Source: Candidatus Acidiferrales bacterium (lineage in GTDB: Bacteria > Acidobacteriota > Terriglobia > Acidiferrales > UBA7541). From it: a DNA stretch of 50,844 nucleotides. Below are positions 20,095 through 29,387 of the stretch, one piece after another. The notes under the pieces were generated by a model. That model ran no database searches. It saw nothing but the letters and a program-made list of their open reading frames with translations, and had not been told where the DNA came from. How positions within the stretch are numbered: the stretch's first letter is position 1; every line of letters begins with the position of its first letter. Made by a program: the position numbers and the translations under genes. The stretch is taken from assembly GCA_030037225.1 (NCBI GenBank), contig JASHRU010000403.1, forward strand, positions 1-50,844, read 5' to 3'.

Positions 20095-22020
20095 ATGTGC
20101 GGCATAACAGGCGGAGTACCTGGAATCGATCCCCGGGTGCTCGAACGCATGACAGCGGCACTGGCTCACCGTGGCCCCGATGGCGAAGGTTACTTCCACG
20201 CCGCCGGGCCTGTGGGTGCCAGCCTCGGTCATCGCCGTCTCGCCATTATCGATCTTGCTGGAGGCCGTCAGCCGATGACCAGCGCGGATGGCCGCTGGAC
20301 GATCGTTTTCAACGGCGAAATTTACAATTTCCAGGAGCTGCGCCGCGAGCTCGAATCCCTCGGAACAGTCTTCCGCACCGAGTCCGATACGGAGGTATTG
20401 CTCGAGGTCTGGGCTCGCTGGGGCGTGGACGCACTTGTACACCTGCGCGGAATGTTCGCCTTTGCCATTTGGGACGCACGCGAGCACGCTCTATGGCTTG
20501 TACGTGACCGCCTCGGCGTCAAACCCCTCTATTACTCTACTGTCGGCAGCCGCCTCCTGTTCGGTTCCGAGATCAAGGCCCTCCTCGCGCACCCGGCCAT
20601 CTCGCGGCGCCTTCGGCCCTCCGCGCTCGATGACTATCTCGCCTATCTCTACGTCCCCGCCCCGCAAACCATTTTCGAAGATGTGGAGGAACTCCCGCCT
20701 GCGCACTGGCTCCGCTATTCGAACGGCACCGCGCAGCTCTGTCGCTACTGGCAGCCCCGCCCGCTCCCTGCCGGAGAGACCACCGGGGCGAGCGCCGAAA
20801 GTCTGCTCGCGCTGCTCGACGAATCCGTGCGGCTACGCTTGGTGAGCGATGTTCCGCTCGGTGCTTTTTTGAGCGGGGGCCTTGATTCCAGCAGCATCGT
20901 TGCCCTCGCCGCGCGTGCCCAGCCTGAACCCATGCGCACGTTTAGCCTCGGATTTGGAGTGGGCGAGGAGCATTACACCGAGCTCGAATTTGCGCGGCTC
21001 GTTTCTGATCGCTACGCCACTCAGCATCGTGAACTGACCATTCGCCCGGATTGTGCAGAGCTTCTGCCACGCATGGTTTCCCTCTTCGACGAGCCCTTCG
21101 GCAACCCCACCGCGCTCCTCGTCCACGCGCTCTCGGAAGTTACGCGGCGCCACGTGACCGTCGCGCTCGCTGGCGACGCCGGCGACGAGCTCTTTCTCGG
21201 TTATCCCCGTTATCTCGGCTCGCGCCTCCGCCGCGCATGGGGTGTGGTCCCTTCGCCACTGCGTCGTGCTGCCGCCGCGCTCGCCGAGCGCATTCCGGAA
21301 GATACCAACGGCCGCCACGCCCGCCGCCGCTCCCGCGAATTTTTCGCCGGTGGCGTCGGCTCCTGGCAAAGCGCCTATATCACCTGGGTCTGCTATTTCA
21401 GCCCTGCAATGCGTGCCGACCTCTATTCGTCGGAGTTTCGCGGGGCGATTGGCGGCCACTCCGCCGAACAATTTCTCGAACGCCGATTCGCGGAGGTCGC
21501 TGGCTGCGATCCTCTGCATCAGGCCTGTTACGTCGATTTGCACTCATTTCTTCCCCACAACATTTTGAAGTATGGAGACCGCATGAGCATGGCTCATGCT
21601 CTCGAGCTCCGCCTGCCCTTCACGGATCATCGCCTGGTGGAATTCGCGCTCCGCCTGCCCGCCCGCCAGAAGCTGCGCGGCAGGCAGACCAAACGCCTGC
21701 TCCGCTCCGCGATGCAGCCTCTGCTCCCCGAAGAAACACTCCGCCGCTCCAAGCTGGGCCTCAACCCCCCGCTCGGACGCTGGCTGCGCAACGAGCTCAG
21801 ACCGCTCGTTGATCTCTATCTTTCTCCCGCGACGATTCGTCAACGGGGTTGGTTCCGTCCGGAGGCGGTCGCGAAACTGCGCGAGGAATTTACGACTGGT
21901 CGCAGGGATTACGCCCTGCACCTCTGGGGCCTGCTGGTGCTGGAGGAATGGGCCCGGCAGTATTTGGACGCCGCGCGTCCTGCGGATCGGGTCCCGCAGC
22001 GTGCGGAGGCGGTCGCATGA
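20095..22020 (+). CDS. asnB: Second asparagine synthase (glutamine-hydrolysing) family amidotransferase
   Basis: MCGITG, HRGPD, HRRLAIID, FNGEIYN, FLSGGLDSS, DRMSMAH. Confidence 0.93.
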   Translation: MCGITGGVPGIDPRVLERMTAALAHRGPDGEGYFHAAGPVGASLGHRRLAIIDLAGGRQPMTSADGRWTIVFNGEIYNFQELRRELESLGTVFRTESDTEVLLEVWARWGVDALVHLRGMFAFAIWDAREHALWLVRDRLGVKPLYYSTVGSRLLFGSEIKALLAHPAISRRLRPSALDDYLAYLYVPAPQTIFEDVEELPPAHWLRYSNGTAQLCRYWQPRPLPAGETTGASAESLLALLDESVRLRLVSDVPLGAFLSGGLDSSSIVALAARAQPEPMRTFSLGFGVGEEHYTELEFARLVSDRYATQHRELTIRPDCAELLPRMVSLFDEPFGNPTALLVHALSEVTRRHVTVALAGDAGDELFLGYPRYLGSRLRRAWGVVPSPLRRAAAALAERIPEDTNGRHARRRSREFFAGGVGSWQSAYITWVCYFSPAMRADLYSSEFRGAIGGHSAEQFLERRFAEVAGCDPLHQACYVDLHSFLPHNILKYGDRMSMAHALELRLPFTDHRLVEFALRLPARQKLRGRQTKRLLRSAMQPLLPEETLRRSKLGLNPPLGRWLRNELRPLVDLYLSPATIRQRGWFRPEAVAKLREEFTTGRRDYALHLWGLLVLEEWARQYLDAARPADRVPQRAEAVA

Positions 22021-23315
22021 GAATCCTGTACGTCTCCCACTATTTCCCGCCGGAGATGGGAGCTCCCGCAGGCCGCGTCGCCGGTCTGGGACGCCTTTGG
22101 GCCGCCGCCGGTCATGAGGTTCACGTCCTCACTGGCTTCCCCCATCATCCCACCGGCCGCATCCACCCCGATTACCGCCGCGCTTTCCGCCGCGGCTTCC
22201 TGCGCGAACATTTGGACGGGGTCCATGTCCATCGCACCTGGATTTTCCCAGCCGCCAATCGCGGAAAAATTCGCCGTTCGCTCAACTATTCGTCTTTTAT
22301 GGCCTCCGCCCTTCTCACCGGCGCACTTCGCCTGCCTCGGCCCGACGTCATCGTTGCTACCTCGCCACAACTGCTCTGCGCCGCCGCAGGTCAACTGCTC
22401 GCACGATGGCACCGCGTACCGCTCGTCCTGGAGGTGCGCGACCTCTGGCCCGAGTCACTAATTGCAGTGGGCGCTTCCGGCAAACGGTCTCTGCTCGTGG
22501 GCGCCCTGGAACGGATTGCAAGAGGTTTGTATGCGCGCGCTGCGCATATTGTCACCGTTACGGAATCGCAGCGGGACGTAATCGTGCGCATGGGCGTTCC
22601 GGCGGAGCGCGTTACCGTGGTGCCGAACGGCGTGGACCGCGCCTTCCTCGATGCAGGCGTGCCCGTACCGGATTCCGCGCGCGCAGGTGGCGGCCAGCCC
22701 TTCGAGGTCACGTACATCGGCACCATCGGTATGGCCCATCACCTGGAAACCCTTTTGGAAGCAGCCGCCCTCCTCCGCGATGATCCCCGGTTCCATTTCC
22801 GCTTGGTGGGCGAAGGCGCCTGCCGCAAGGCGCTTGAATCCCAGGCCCGTGCACAGGGCCTCGTCAACGTGGAATTTAGCGGCGAACGGCCCCGCGACGA
22901 GGTGCCCCGCTGGATCGCCGAATCTTCCGCCTGTGCCGTTCTACTGCGCCGCAACGACACCTTCCGCACCGTGGTTCCCTCGAAACTCCTCGAGATCATG
23001 GCCGTCGGTCGTCCTGTGATCCTCGGGGTCGAAGGTGAAGCGTGTGCCCTATTAGAGCGTGCCTCCGCCGGCATCCCCATCGAGCCGGAAAGTGCCTCTC
23101 AGCTCGCCGCTGCGATTCGCCTGCTTGCCTCCGACGCCGCCCTCTGCCGTCGGTTTGCAGGCAGCGGTCGCCAATTCGTCGAGCGTGAATTTCTGCGCGA
23201 AAACCTCGCGAAGCGTTATTCCGAACTGCTCGCTCGCGTTGCGCCTGCTTCTCCCGCATCGGTTTCAACCCGGCAGCATTCCAGTCCACTTCCGTCTGTC
23301 GAGGAGCCCGGATGA
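22017..23315 (+). CDS. Glycosyltransferase family 4 (WbuB-like)
   Basis: Start at the ATGA overlap at 22017. HYFPPEMGAPA, EVRDLWPES, PSKLLEIMA. Confidence 0.92.
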   Translation: MRILYVSHYFPPEMGAPAGRVAGLGRLWAAAGHEVHVLTGFPHHPTGRIHPDYRRAFRRGFLREHLDGVHVHRTWIFPAANRGKIRRSLNYSSFMASALLTGALRLPRPDVIVATSPQLLCAAAGQLLARWHRVPLVLEVRDLWPESLIAVGASGKRSLLVGALERIARGLYARAAHIVTVTESQRDVIVRMGVPAERVTVVPNGVDRAFLDAGVPVPDSARAGGGQPFEVTYIGTIGMAHHLETLLEAAALLRDDPRFHFRLVGEGACRKALESQARAQGLVNVEFSGERPRDEVPRWIAESSACAVLLRRNDTFRTVVPSKLLEIMAVGRPVILGVEGEACALLERASAGIPIEPESASQLAAAIRLLASDAALCRRFAGSGRQFVEREFLRENLAKRYSELLARVAPASPASVSTRQHSSPLPSVEEPG

Positions 23316-24874
23316 GAACGTACATATTCATTCTTCTCACTGCCAGCGCCCTGTCCTACCTGATTACATTTTGGGTAGCGCGCTCGGCCGCCGCGCATGG
23401 CTGGGCCAAGCGCGAAGGCGACAGCGCCTCCGGTCAGGGAATCCCCCGGCTCGGCGGCCTCGCCGTCTTCGCCGCGATTATGCTTTCGCTCGCTGCCACA
23501 GTTTTGCTTCGCAATATGGTTACCGATTTCCTTCTAGCCGTCGGCACGCCAGGCATCGCGCTCGCTTTCGCCTGTTTCTCCGTCTTTCTCATCGGCTTGT
23601 ATGACGACCTGAAAGGCGCGCGCCCCTGGCAGAAACTAGCCGTCCAGATCGTTGCGGCACTCGCTCTCTACGCCTTCGGTTTCCGCATCGACCTGCTGTC
23701 GAACCCCTTCACCCACACTCCCCTTGCTCTTGGCTGGTTCGGGTTGCCGCTCACCGTTCTTTGGCTCGCGGCAATCTCGAACGCTTTTAATCTGATCGAT
23801 GGACTCGATGGCCTGGCCGCCGGTGTCGGAATGTTCGCCGCCGTTTCCCTGTTCCTGCTGGCTGCTCTCGGCGTCAACGTCTTCGTCGCTGCGGTGGCTG
23901 CGGCCGTCGCTGGTGCCCTGCTCGGCTTTCTTCCCCACAACTTTCATCCTGCGAAGATCTATCTGGGTGACTCCGGTAGCCTCACTGTCGGCCTGGCGCT
24001 TGGCGCGCTTTCCATCGTCAGCGAGCAAAAAGGGCCCGTTATGGTGACCATGGCCATCCCGGTCTTGATTTTTGGTCTGCCCCTCCTCGAAGTCGCCGTC
24101 ACTACTATGCGGCGTTTGCTCAGCGGACGTCCTCTGTTCGGCCGCGACGAAGACCACTTGCATCATCGCCTCCTGAAGGTCGGCGTCGCCAAGCGGCTGG
24201 CGGTTTTTGTCCTTTACGGTCTCGCTGCCCTGTTCGCTTTGAGTTCCATTCTGCTCGTCAATTACTCCGGCTCGGTGGCTCCCCTCATCGCCGTTGTTTG
24301 CGGTGCGCTCGCTTGGATCGTCGTTGCGCAAATGCATTATCCGGAATTCACCGAGCTCGACGCCCACATCCGCCTTTCCCTCTCCAGCCAGCCCGCTGTG
24401 CTGCGCAACCAGATCGCAATTCGCAAGGCGGTTGTAGAAATGCAGAATGCCGCTTCGGCACAAGAAGTTTGGGCCTGCCTCTCGGGCCTGCTCGAGCTCC
24501 TCGGTTTTGCACAGGCGCGCTGCGAAGTCCGCGTCGCGAACGGAGAACTCATGTGCGAATTTGAATGGAGGCGCGAGGATTATCCGCCTGCCGTTGGCAG
24601 CGGCCCTCGCAACGCCGGATCTGGGAGGGATTCCATGTGGGCCCTCGAAATTCCGCTCGCCGGCTCTTTCGGCTCCGCCGGCCTTGTGCGCGTCGGTCAC
24701 GCCTTTGACCGCCGCGCGCCGCTGTTCCGCATGCAGTCTCTGGTCGAGCTGATTTCCGCAACCTTTGGGCCGGCGCTGATGGCGCAGTTGAACGAACCTC
24801 GCTCTGTCGTTCCGGTCGTCGCTCCCGTGCCGCTCGCCGCGTCGCTGAAGGCCGCCGCGGGCGCTCGCCGCTGA
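23312..24874 (+). CDS. WecA/MraY-family undecaprenyl-phosphate HexNAc-1-phosphate transferase with a C-terminal soluble extension
   Basis: PRLGG, GLYDD, NAFNLIDGLDGLA, NFHPAKIYLGDSG, DHLHHRLL. Confidence 0.92.
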   Translation: MRTYIFILLTASALSYLITFWVARSAAAHGWAKREGDSASGQGIPRLGGLAVFAAIMLSLAATVLLRNMVTDFLLAVGTPGIALAFACFSVFLIGLYDDLKGARPWQKLAVQIVAALALYAFGFRIDLLSNPFTHTPLALGWFGLPLTVLWLAAISNAFNLIDGLDGLAAGVGMFAAVSLFLLAALGVNVFVAAVAAAVAGALLGFLPHNFHPAKIYLGDSGSLTVGLALGALSIVSEQKGPVMVTMAIPVLIFGLPLLEVAVTTMRRLLSGRPLFGRDEDHLHHRLLKVGVAKRLAVFVLYGLAALFALSSILLVNYSGSVAPLIAVVCGALAWIVVAQMHYPEFTELDAHIRLSLSSQPAVLRNQIAIRKAVVEMQNAASAQEVWACLSGLLELLGFAQARCEVRVANGELMCEFEWRREDYPPAVGSGPRNAGSGRDSMWALEIPLAGSFGSAGLVRVGHAFDRRAPLFRMQSLVELISATFGPALMAQLNEPRSVVPVVAPVPLAASLKAAAGARR

Positions 24875-24920
24875 CCATTCACTTTTTTCTCAGTCCTGCA
24901 CATATGGTCGCTGGGATCAG

Positions 24921-27017
24921 ATGAGCCAGCTCCTTGCCTACCTCGCTGCTCAGGCGCGCAGCCAGCCTGGGCCCACTCTCCGTTTTGTAGCTGGCGAATT
25001 GTGGCGCCGTGGACGGGCGCGTATGCGCCTCGCGCTAGAGGATGGCCTTGCCCTCCTCGACACCGGGCAATTTCGCTCCTCCGCCTCTCTGTTCGTTCCC
25101 GCCGCAGCCCTCGATTCCGCCTCCCTTTCGGGCGTGCTATGGGCGACGGATACCATCGCGCGCGCCGAGCGTATCTCCCGCGGTGAATTCCAAGTCTTCG
25201 GCGAATGGGACGCTCTAGGTTCCCAGCCACACTGGCACCGCGATTGGCTTTCGGGCTATTGCTGGCCGCTCGAGCCGGCCGGCCGTTTGCGCGTGTTGGA
25301 TGCTCCCCCGGGTTCCGAAGTCAAACGTCCGTGGGAACTGGCGCGCTTCCACCACGGTCTGACCCTTGCCGCTGCCGCCGCGTGTACCGGCGATCCTCGA
25401 TTCACGCAATCCTTCGCGGCACTGGTGCGGCATTGGATCGCCCGGAACCCCTGGCCTCGCGGTATCCACTGGGCCATGCCCATGGAGATCGCGCTCCGCG
25501 CCATCAATTGGATCCAGGCTGTCGCTATTGCCGCCGCCGCTGGCCAATTGGACGAGTCTTTCGCCCGCGACCTCTCGCGCAGCCTCTTTCTTCACGGCCG
25601 TCATCTGTGGGTCTATCGCGAGTGGAACCCCGTCGCCCGCGCCAACCACTACCTCGCCTGTGTCGTGGGTCTGCTTTGGCTCGGCGCGCTCTTTGAATGT
25701 ACGCCCGAAGGCCGTGAGTGGTTCGAGTTCGCTCGCGGCGAGCTCCTCCGCGAGATCAGTTCTCAGACCGGATCTGACGGCGTTGTGCGCGAAGGCTCCT
25801 CGGCCTATCACGCCTTTGTCACCGAGCTGTTCCTTACTTCCGCACTCGTCTTGGTGCGCCATGCTGCCCGTGCCCAGGGCCAGATCCCGCCTACCAACGG
25901 AAATTTGGCCGCCGCCATTGCTCGCGCCACTTCCCCCGCCTTTGCTGCTCGTCTCCCCCTCATTTTCGAGTTTCTATCTGCGCTCTGCGCCGGCCGCGCG
26001 GCGCAAAGCGATCCTCCCATCTGGGGCGACACGGATGACGGTCGTGTGCTTCCGTTCGGAGGCTTCTCCATTCCGCCCGTTCGCATACTCGCCTCCGTCG
26101 GCGATGCATACGCCGGCCGGCTCTTATCGTCGGGATCCGCCGCGCTCGACGCGGAGATCTTCTGGCGATTCGGCCCTCCCTCCGAGCCGGTTGCGCTCCC
26201 CTGCCTCGCGCCCGCTCACCGTTCCCAGGCCTTCAAAGATTCTGGTTTCTACTTCTTCTCCTCATCCCATGTCCGGGGCAGCCTCCGCTGCGGACCGCTC
26301 GGCGTCGGCGGTTGGGCCAACCATGCCCACAACGACCAGCTCAGCCTTGAATTTTCTCTTGATGGAATACCTGTCGTCGTCGACCCGGGCCTGCCCTGTT
26401 ACTCCGGCGATCCTCCGACCCGGAATCTGTTCCGCTCCACCCGGTATCACAACACGGTCGAGATCGCCGGCGCAGAGCAGAACCGCTTCTGGCCCGCGCT
26501 CTTATTCCGCATCGTGGACGACACCCGCAGCCGCACCCACCAGTGGCGCGCGGATTCCTCTGGCACATTGTTCGTCGGCTCACACTCCGGCTACATGCGC
26601 TTGCCCGAACGCGCCATCGTTCGCCGCGAACTCCGCCTTGCTCCGGACGATACTCTCGTGGTGCACGACGTTGTCGAGCTCGCTGCACCTGCTCCGATCG
26701 CGTGGTACTTTCATCTCGCGCCCGGCATCGTGCCGGAAACCATGCAGTCCACACCCGCCGCACCGCCCGCACCTGGCCTAGCGCCTCATTCCCGTTGGCG
26801 CCTGGGACCTGTCTTCCTTACCGTCTGGACGGCATTTGCTCCTCGCGAGCTCGAATCATCCTCCGCGAGCGGATGGGTCGGCCCGCGCTTCGGCCGCAAA
26901 TTGCCGGCGCCCATTCTCGAGTTTCGTGCGTGTCTTGTCGGCCGCCCGGAGATTGAATTCATTTTTACTCCGGCGGAGCCGCAGGCCGGCGAAACAGCTG
27001 CGGGGGGCCATGCCTAG
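24921..27017 (+). CDS. Heparinase II/III family protein
   Basis: WHRD, KRPWELARFH, EIALRAINW, ANHY, EGSSAYH, HAHNDQLS, DPG, FRSTRYHNT. Confidence 0.88.
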   Translation: MSQLLAYLAAQARSQPGPTLRFVAGELWRRGRARMRLALEDGLALLDTGQFRSSASLFVPAAALDSASLSGVLWATDTIARAERISRGEFQVFGEWDALGSQPHWHRDWLSGYCWPLEPAGRLRVLDAPPGSEVKRPWELARFHHGLTLAAAAACTGDPRFTQSFAALVRHWIARNPWPRGIHWAMPMEIALRAINWIQAVAIAAAAGQLDESFARDLSRSLFLHGRHLWVYREWNPVARANHYLACVVGLLWLGALFECTPEGREWFEFARGELLREISSQTGSDGVVREGSSAYHAFVTELFLTSALVLVRHAARAQGQIPPTNGNLAAAIARATSPAFAARLPLIFEFLSALCAGRAAQSDPPIWGDTDDGRVLPFGGFSIPPVRILASVGDAYAGRLLSSGSAALDAEIFWRFGPPSEPVALPCLAPAHRSQAFKDSGFYFFSSSHVRGSLRCGPLGVGGWANHAHNDQLSLEFSLDGIPVVVDPGLPCYSGDPPTRNLFRSTRYHNTVEIAGAEQNRFWPALLFRIVDDTRSRTHQWRADSSGTLFVGSHSGYMRLPERAIVRRELRLAPDDTLVVHDVVELAAPAPIAWYFHLAPGIVPETMQSTPAAPPAPGLAPHSRWRLGPVFLTVWTAFAPRELESSSASGWVGPRFGRKLPAPILEFRACLVGRPEIEFIFTPAEPQAGETAAGGHA

Positions 27018-29135
27018 ATGAGACAGGTCGCCCAAAATCTGCGCAGCGGCGAAATTGCCATCGCTGAGGTTCCCGCTCCGGCCCTTCGCGGTCCGGGCGT
27101 TCTTGTTGCCACTTCCTACTCGGTGCTCAGCCCCGGAACCGAGCGCGCCGCCGTCGAGCTTGGCAAGGCCACGCTGCTCGGCAAAGCGCTTCGCCGTCCC
27201 GATCAGGTCCGAAAAGTTCTCGACACTTTCCGTCGCGAAGGCCTCGCCTCCACGCTCCGCAAAGTGCGCGACCGTTTGGACGTGGACCGTCCACTCGGAT
27301 ACAGCTCTGCTGGCGTTGTTCTCGAATCCCGCGACGCACCCTTTGCCCCCGGCGATCGCGTCGCGTGCGCCGGTACCGACTCGGCTACCCACGCAGAAAT
27401 CAATTTTATTCCGCGTAATCTCTGTGCAGGCGTTCCCGACGGAGTTGCGCTGGACCAGGCCGCATTCGCTGCTCTCGGCGCCATTGCACTGCACGCCCTT
27501 CGCCTTGGGGAGCCTGCTCTCGGCGAAGACGTTGCCGTAATTGGCCTCGGTATGGTTGGACTCATTCTCGCGCAGGCCTTGCGCGCCGCCGGCTGCCGTG
27601 TCACCGGCTTCGATCTGCGTGCGGATCGTCTCGCTGCGGCCTCCCGTGTCGGCGTGGACCACATTTCCGTCGCCTCGCCCGAAGCCCTCGGTGAGTCGTC
27701 CATTCGCGGCGGCCTGTTCGACCGCGTGTTCCTGTGCGCCGCCTCGCGCAGCTCCGAGCCCGTTGAATTCGCGGTTTCCGCCGCTCGCGACCGCGCGCGG
27801 ATCGTCATCGTCGGCGATGTCCGCACCGATTTCCCGCGCAACGCCTGTTACGAAAAAGAGCTGAGCATCGTCTATGCGCGTTCCTATGGGCCGGGTCGCT
27901 ACGATCCCGCCTACGAGGAGCAGGGCCACGATTATCCCCGGGCCTATGTCCCATGGACGGCGCAGCGCAATATCGAAGCGTTTCTCAATCTAATTGCTCG
28001 CCGCCAGATGGAGCTCGCACCGCTCATCACCCACCGCCTGCCCATCATGGAAGCCGCTCGCGCCTACGAGATTGTCTCCAGCAGCGAGCCCTCACTCGGC
28101 GTGGTTATCGAATATCCCGCCGCCCAGCCCGCGAACCAGAAAACGATCGAGCTGCGCTCTCGCCCTCCGCGTCAGCCGGGCACACTCGGTCTTAGTTGGA
28201 TCGGTGCCGGCAGTTACGCGGTCATCTCCTTGCTTCCCCATCTTGTCGCGGATCATCGTCTCCGCTTGCTCCAAGTTGCAAACACTCGCGGCCTTTCCGC
28301 AAAGCGCGTCGCCGACCAATTCGCCTTCGCCGCCTGTTCCTCTGATCCCTCCGTCATTTTCGCCGACCCGGATTGCGACGCTGTTTTCATTACCACTCGC
28401 CACAGTCTTCATGCCCGCCTCGTGGAAGCTGCACTGGATGCCGGTAAATCCGTTTACGTCGAAAAGCCTTTGTGCGTGACTCTCGAAGAACTCGACGCCC
28501 TCGAGTCCGCTTGGAAACGTCATCCCCTCCCTGTTGTTGTTGGTTTTAATCGCCGCTGGGCTCCTGCCACTCTGGCCGTCCGCAAGTTCCTCGCTGGGGA
28601 CGCGCGCGACCCGCTTCGCATTCGCTACACAGTCCGCGCTGGCGTTCTTCCCGCTGATCACTGGCTCTCCGACCCGGTCGAAGGCGGTCGCATCGTCGGC
28701 GAAGCTTGTCACTTTGTCGATTGGTGCATGGCTCTGGTCGCCGCCCCTCTCGACCGCCTGTTCGCCAGTCTGCGTGGTGCCGCGCCGAACCACTCGCTGC
28801 AAGCTACGCTGGACTTTTCTGGCGGCAGCCAGGCTTCCATCGCGTACGATTCCTCGCCCGCTCACAGCCTGCCGAAGGAGCACATTGAAGTTTCTTCTGG
28901 CAACCGAATCGCCATCATCGAAGATTTTCGTTCGGTCACATTTCATTCCGCTAAGGGCCGCAAACGCTGCTATTTCCATGGCAAAGGGCAGCAGGAAATG
29001 CTCGCCTCGGCGATCGGAGGATTTCTTGCCGGTCGCGCGCCACAGCCTTTTGCAGATGCCGTCGCCTCCACCCGCGCCACTCTCAAACTCCTGGAATCCG
29101 CCTCCTCCGGTCTTACCGTCTTTTTCGACGCCTGA
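27018..29135 (+). CDS. Bi-domain oxidoreductase (MDR-like N-terminus plus Gfo/Idh/MocA C-terminus)
   Basis: SPGTE, PLGYS, GLGMVG, SYGPGRYDPAYEE, VYVEKPL, VGFNRR, GEACHFVD. Confidence 0.9.
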   Translation: MRQVAQNLRSGEIAIAEVPAPALRGPGVLVATSYSVLSPGTERAAVELGKATLLGKALRRPDQVRKVLDTFRREGLASTLRKVRDRLDVDRPLGYSSAGVVLESRDAPFAPGDRVACAGTDSATHAEINFIPRNLCAGVPDGVALDQAAFAALGAIALHALRLGEPALGEDVAVIGLGMVGLILAQALRAAGCRVTGFDLRADRLAAASRVGVDHISVASPEALGESSIRGGLFDRVFLCAASRSSEPVEFAVSAARDRARIVIVGDVRTDFPRNACYEKELSIVYARSYGPGRYDPAYEEQGHDYPRAYVPWTAQRNIEAFLNLIARRQMELAPLITHRLPIMEAARAYEIVSSSEPSLGVVIEYPAAQPANQKTIELRSRPPRQPGTLGLSWIGAGSYAVISLLPHLVADHRLRLLQVANTRGLSAKRVADQFAFAACSSDPSVIFADPDCDAVFITTRHSLHARLVEAALDAGKSVYVEKPLCVTLEELDALESAWKRHPLPVVVGFNRRWAPATLAVRKFLAGDARDPLRIRYTVRAGVLPADHWLSDPVEGGRIVGEACHFVDWCMALVAAPLDRLFASLRGAAPNHSLQATLDFSGGSQASIAYDSSPAHSLPKEHIEVSSGNRIAIIEDFRSVTFHSAKGRKRCYFHGKGQQEMLASAIGGFLAGRAPQPFADAVASTRATLKLLESASSGLTVFFDA

Positions 29136-29387
29136 ATCCGCTCCAGCGCTTGGCTCCTGTCCGCGTTCTCTCCTTTCTCTCTGCTGGCTCTTGATGGGCC
29201 GGTTTTTGTACTGGCGCCCCTTTTTCCTTGCCGTTCATTCCCTTGACATTGCACGCGCGAATAGGCATTTCCACGATCGCGAAAAATATCCTTCGCGGAG
29301 AAATGCTGGGCGCCAACCCTTGAATGAAGAATTGAGAAGCAGATTGCCGAAAGACGATAAGGTTGGATGTCGGGGCTGCGCGAAGAA

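Noticed and set aside
15652..22016. Long N-terminal extensions of GT4 ORFs (15652, 18656, 21849)
   Set aside because: They overlap upstream genes. ATGA-coupled starts at 15739, 18845 and 22017 fit the family N-termini.
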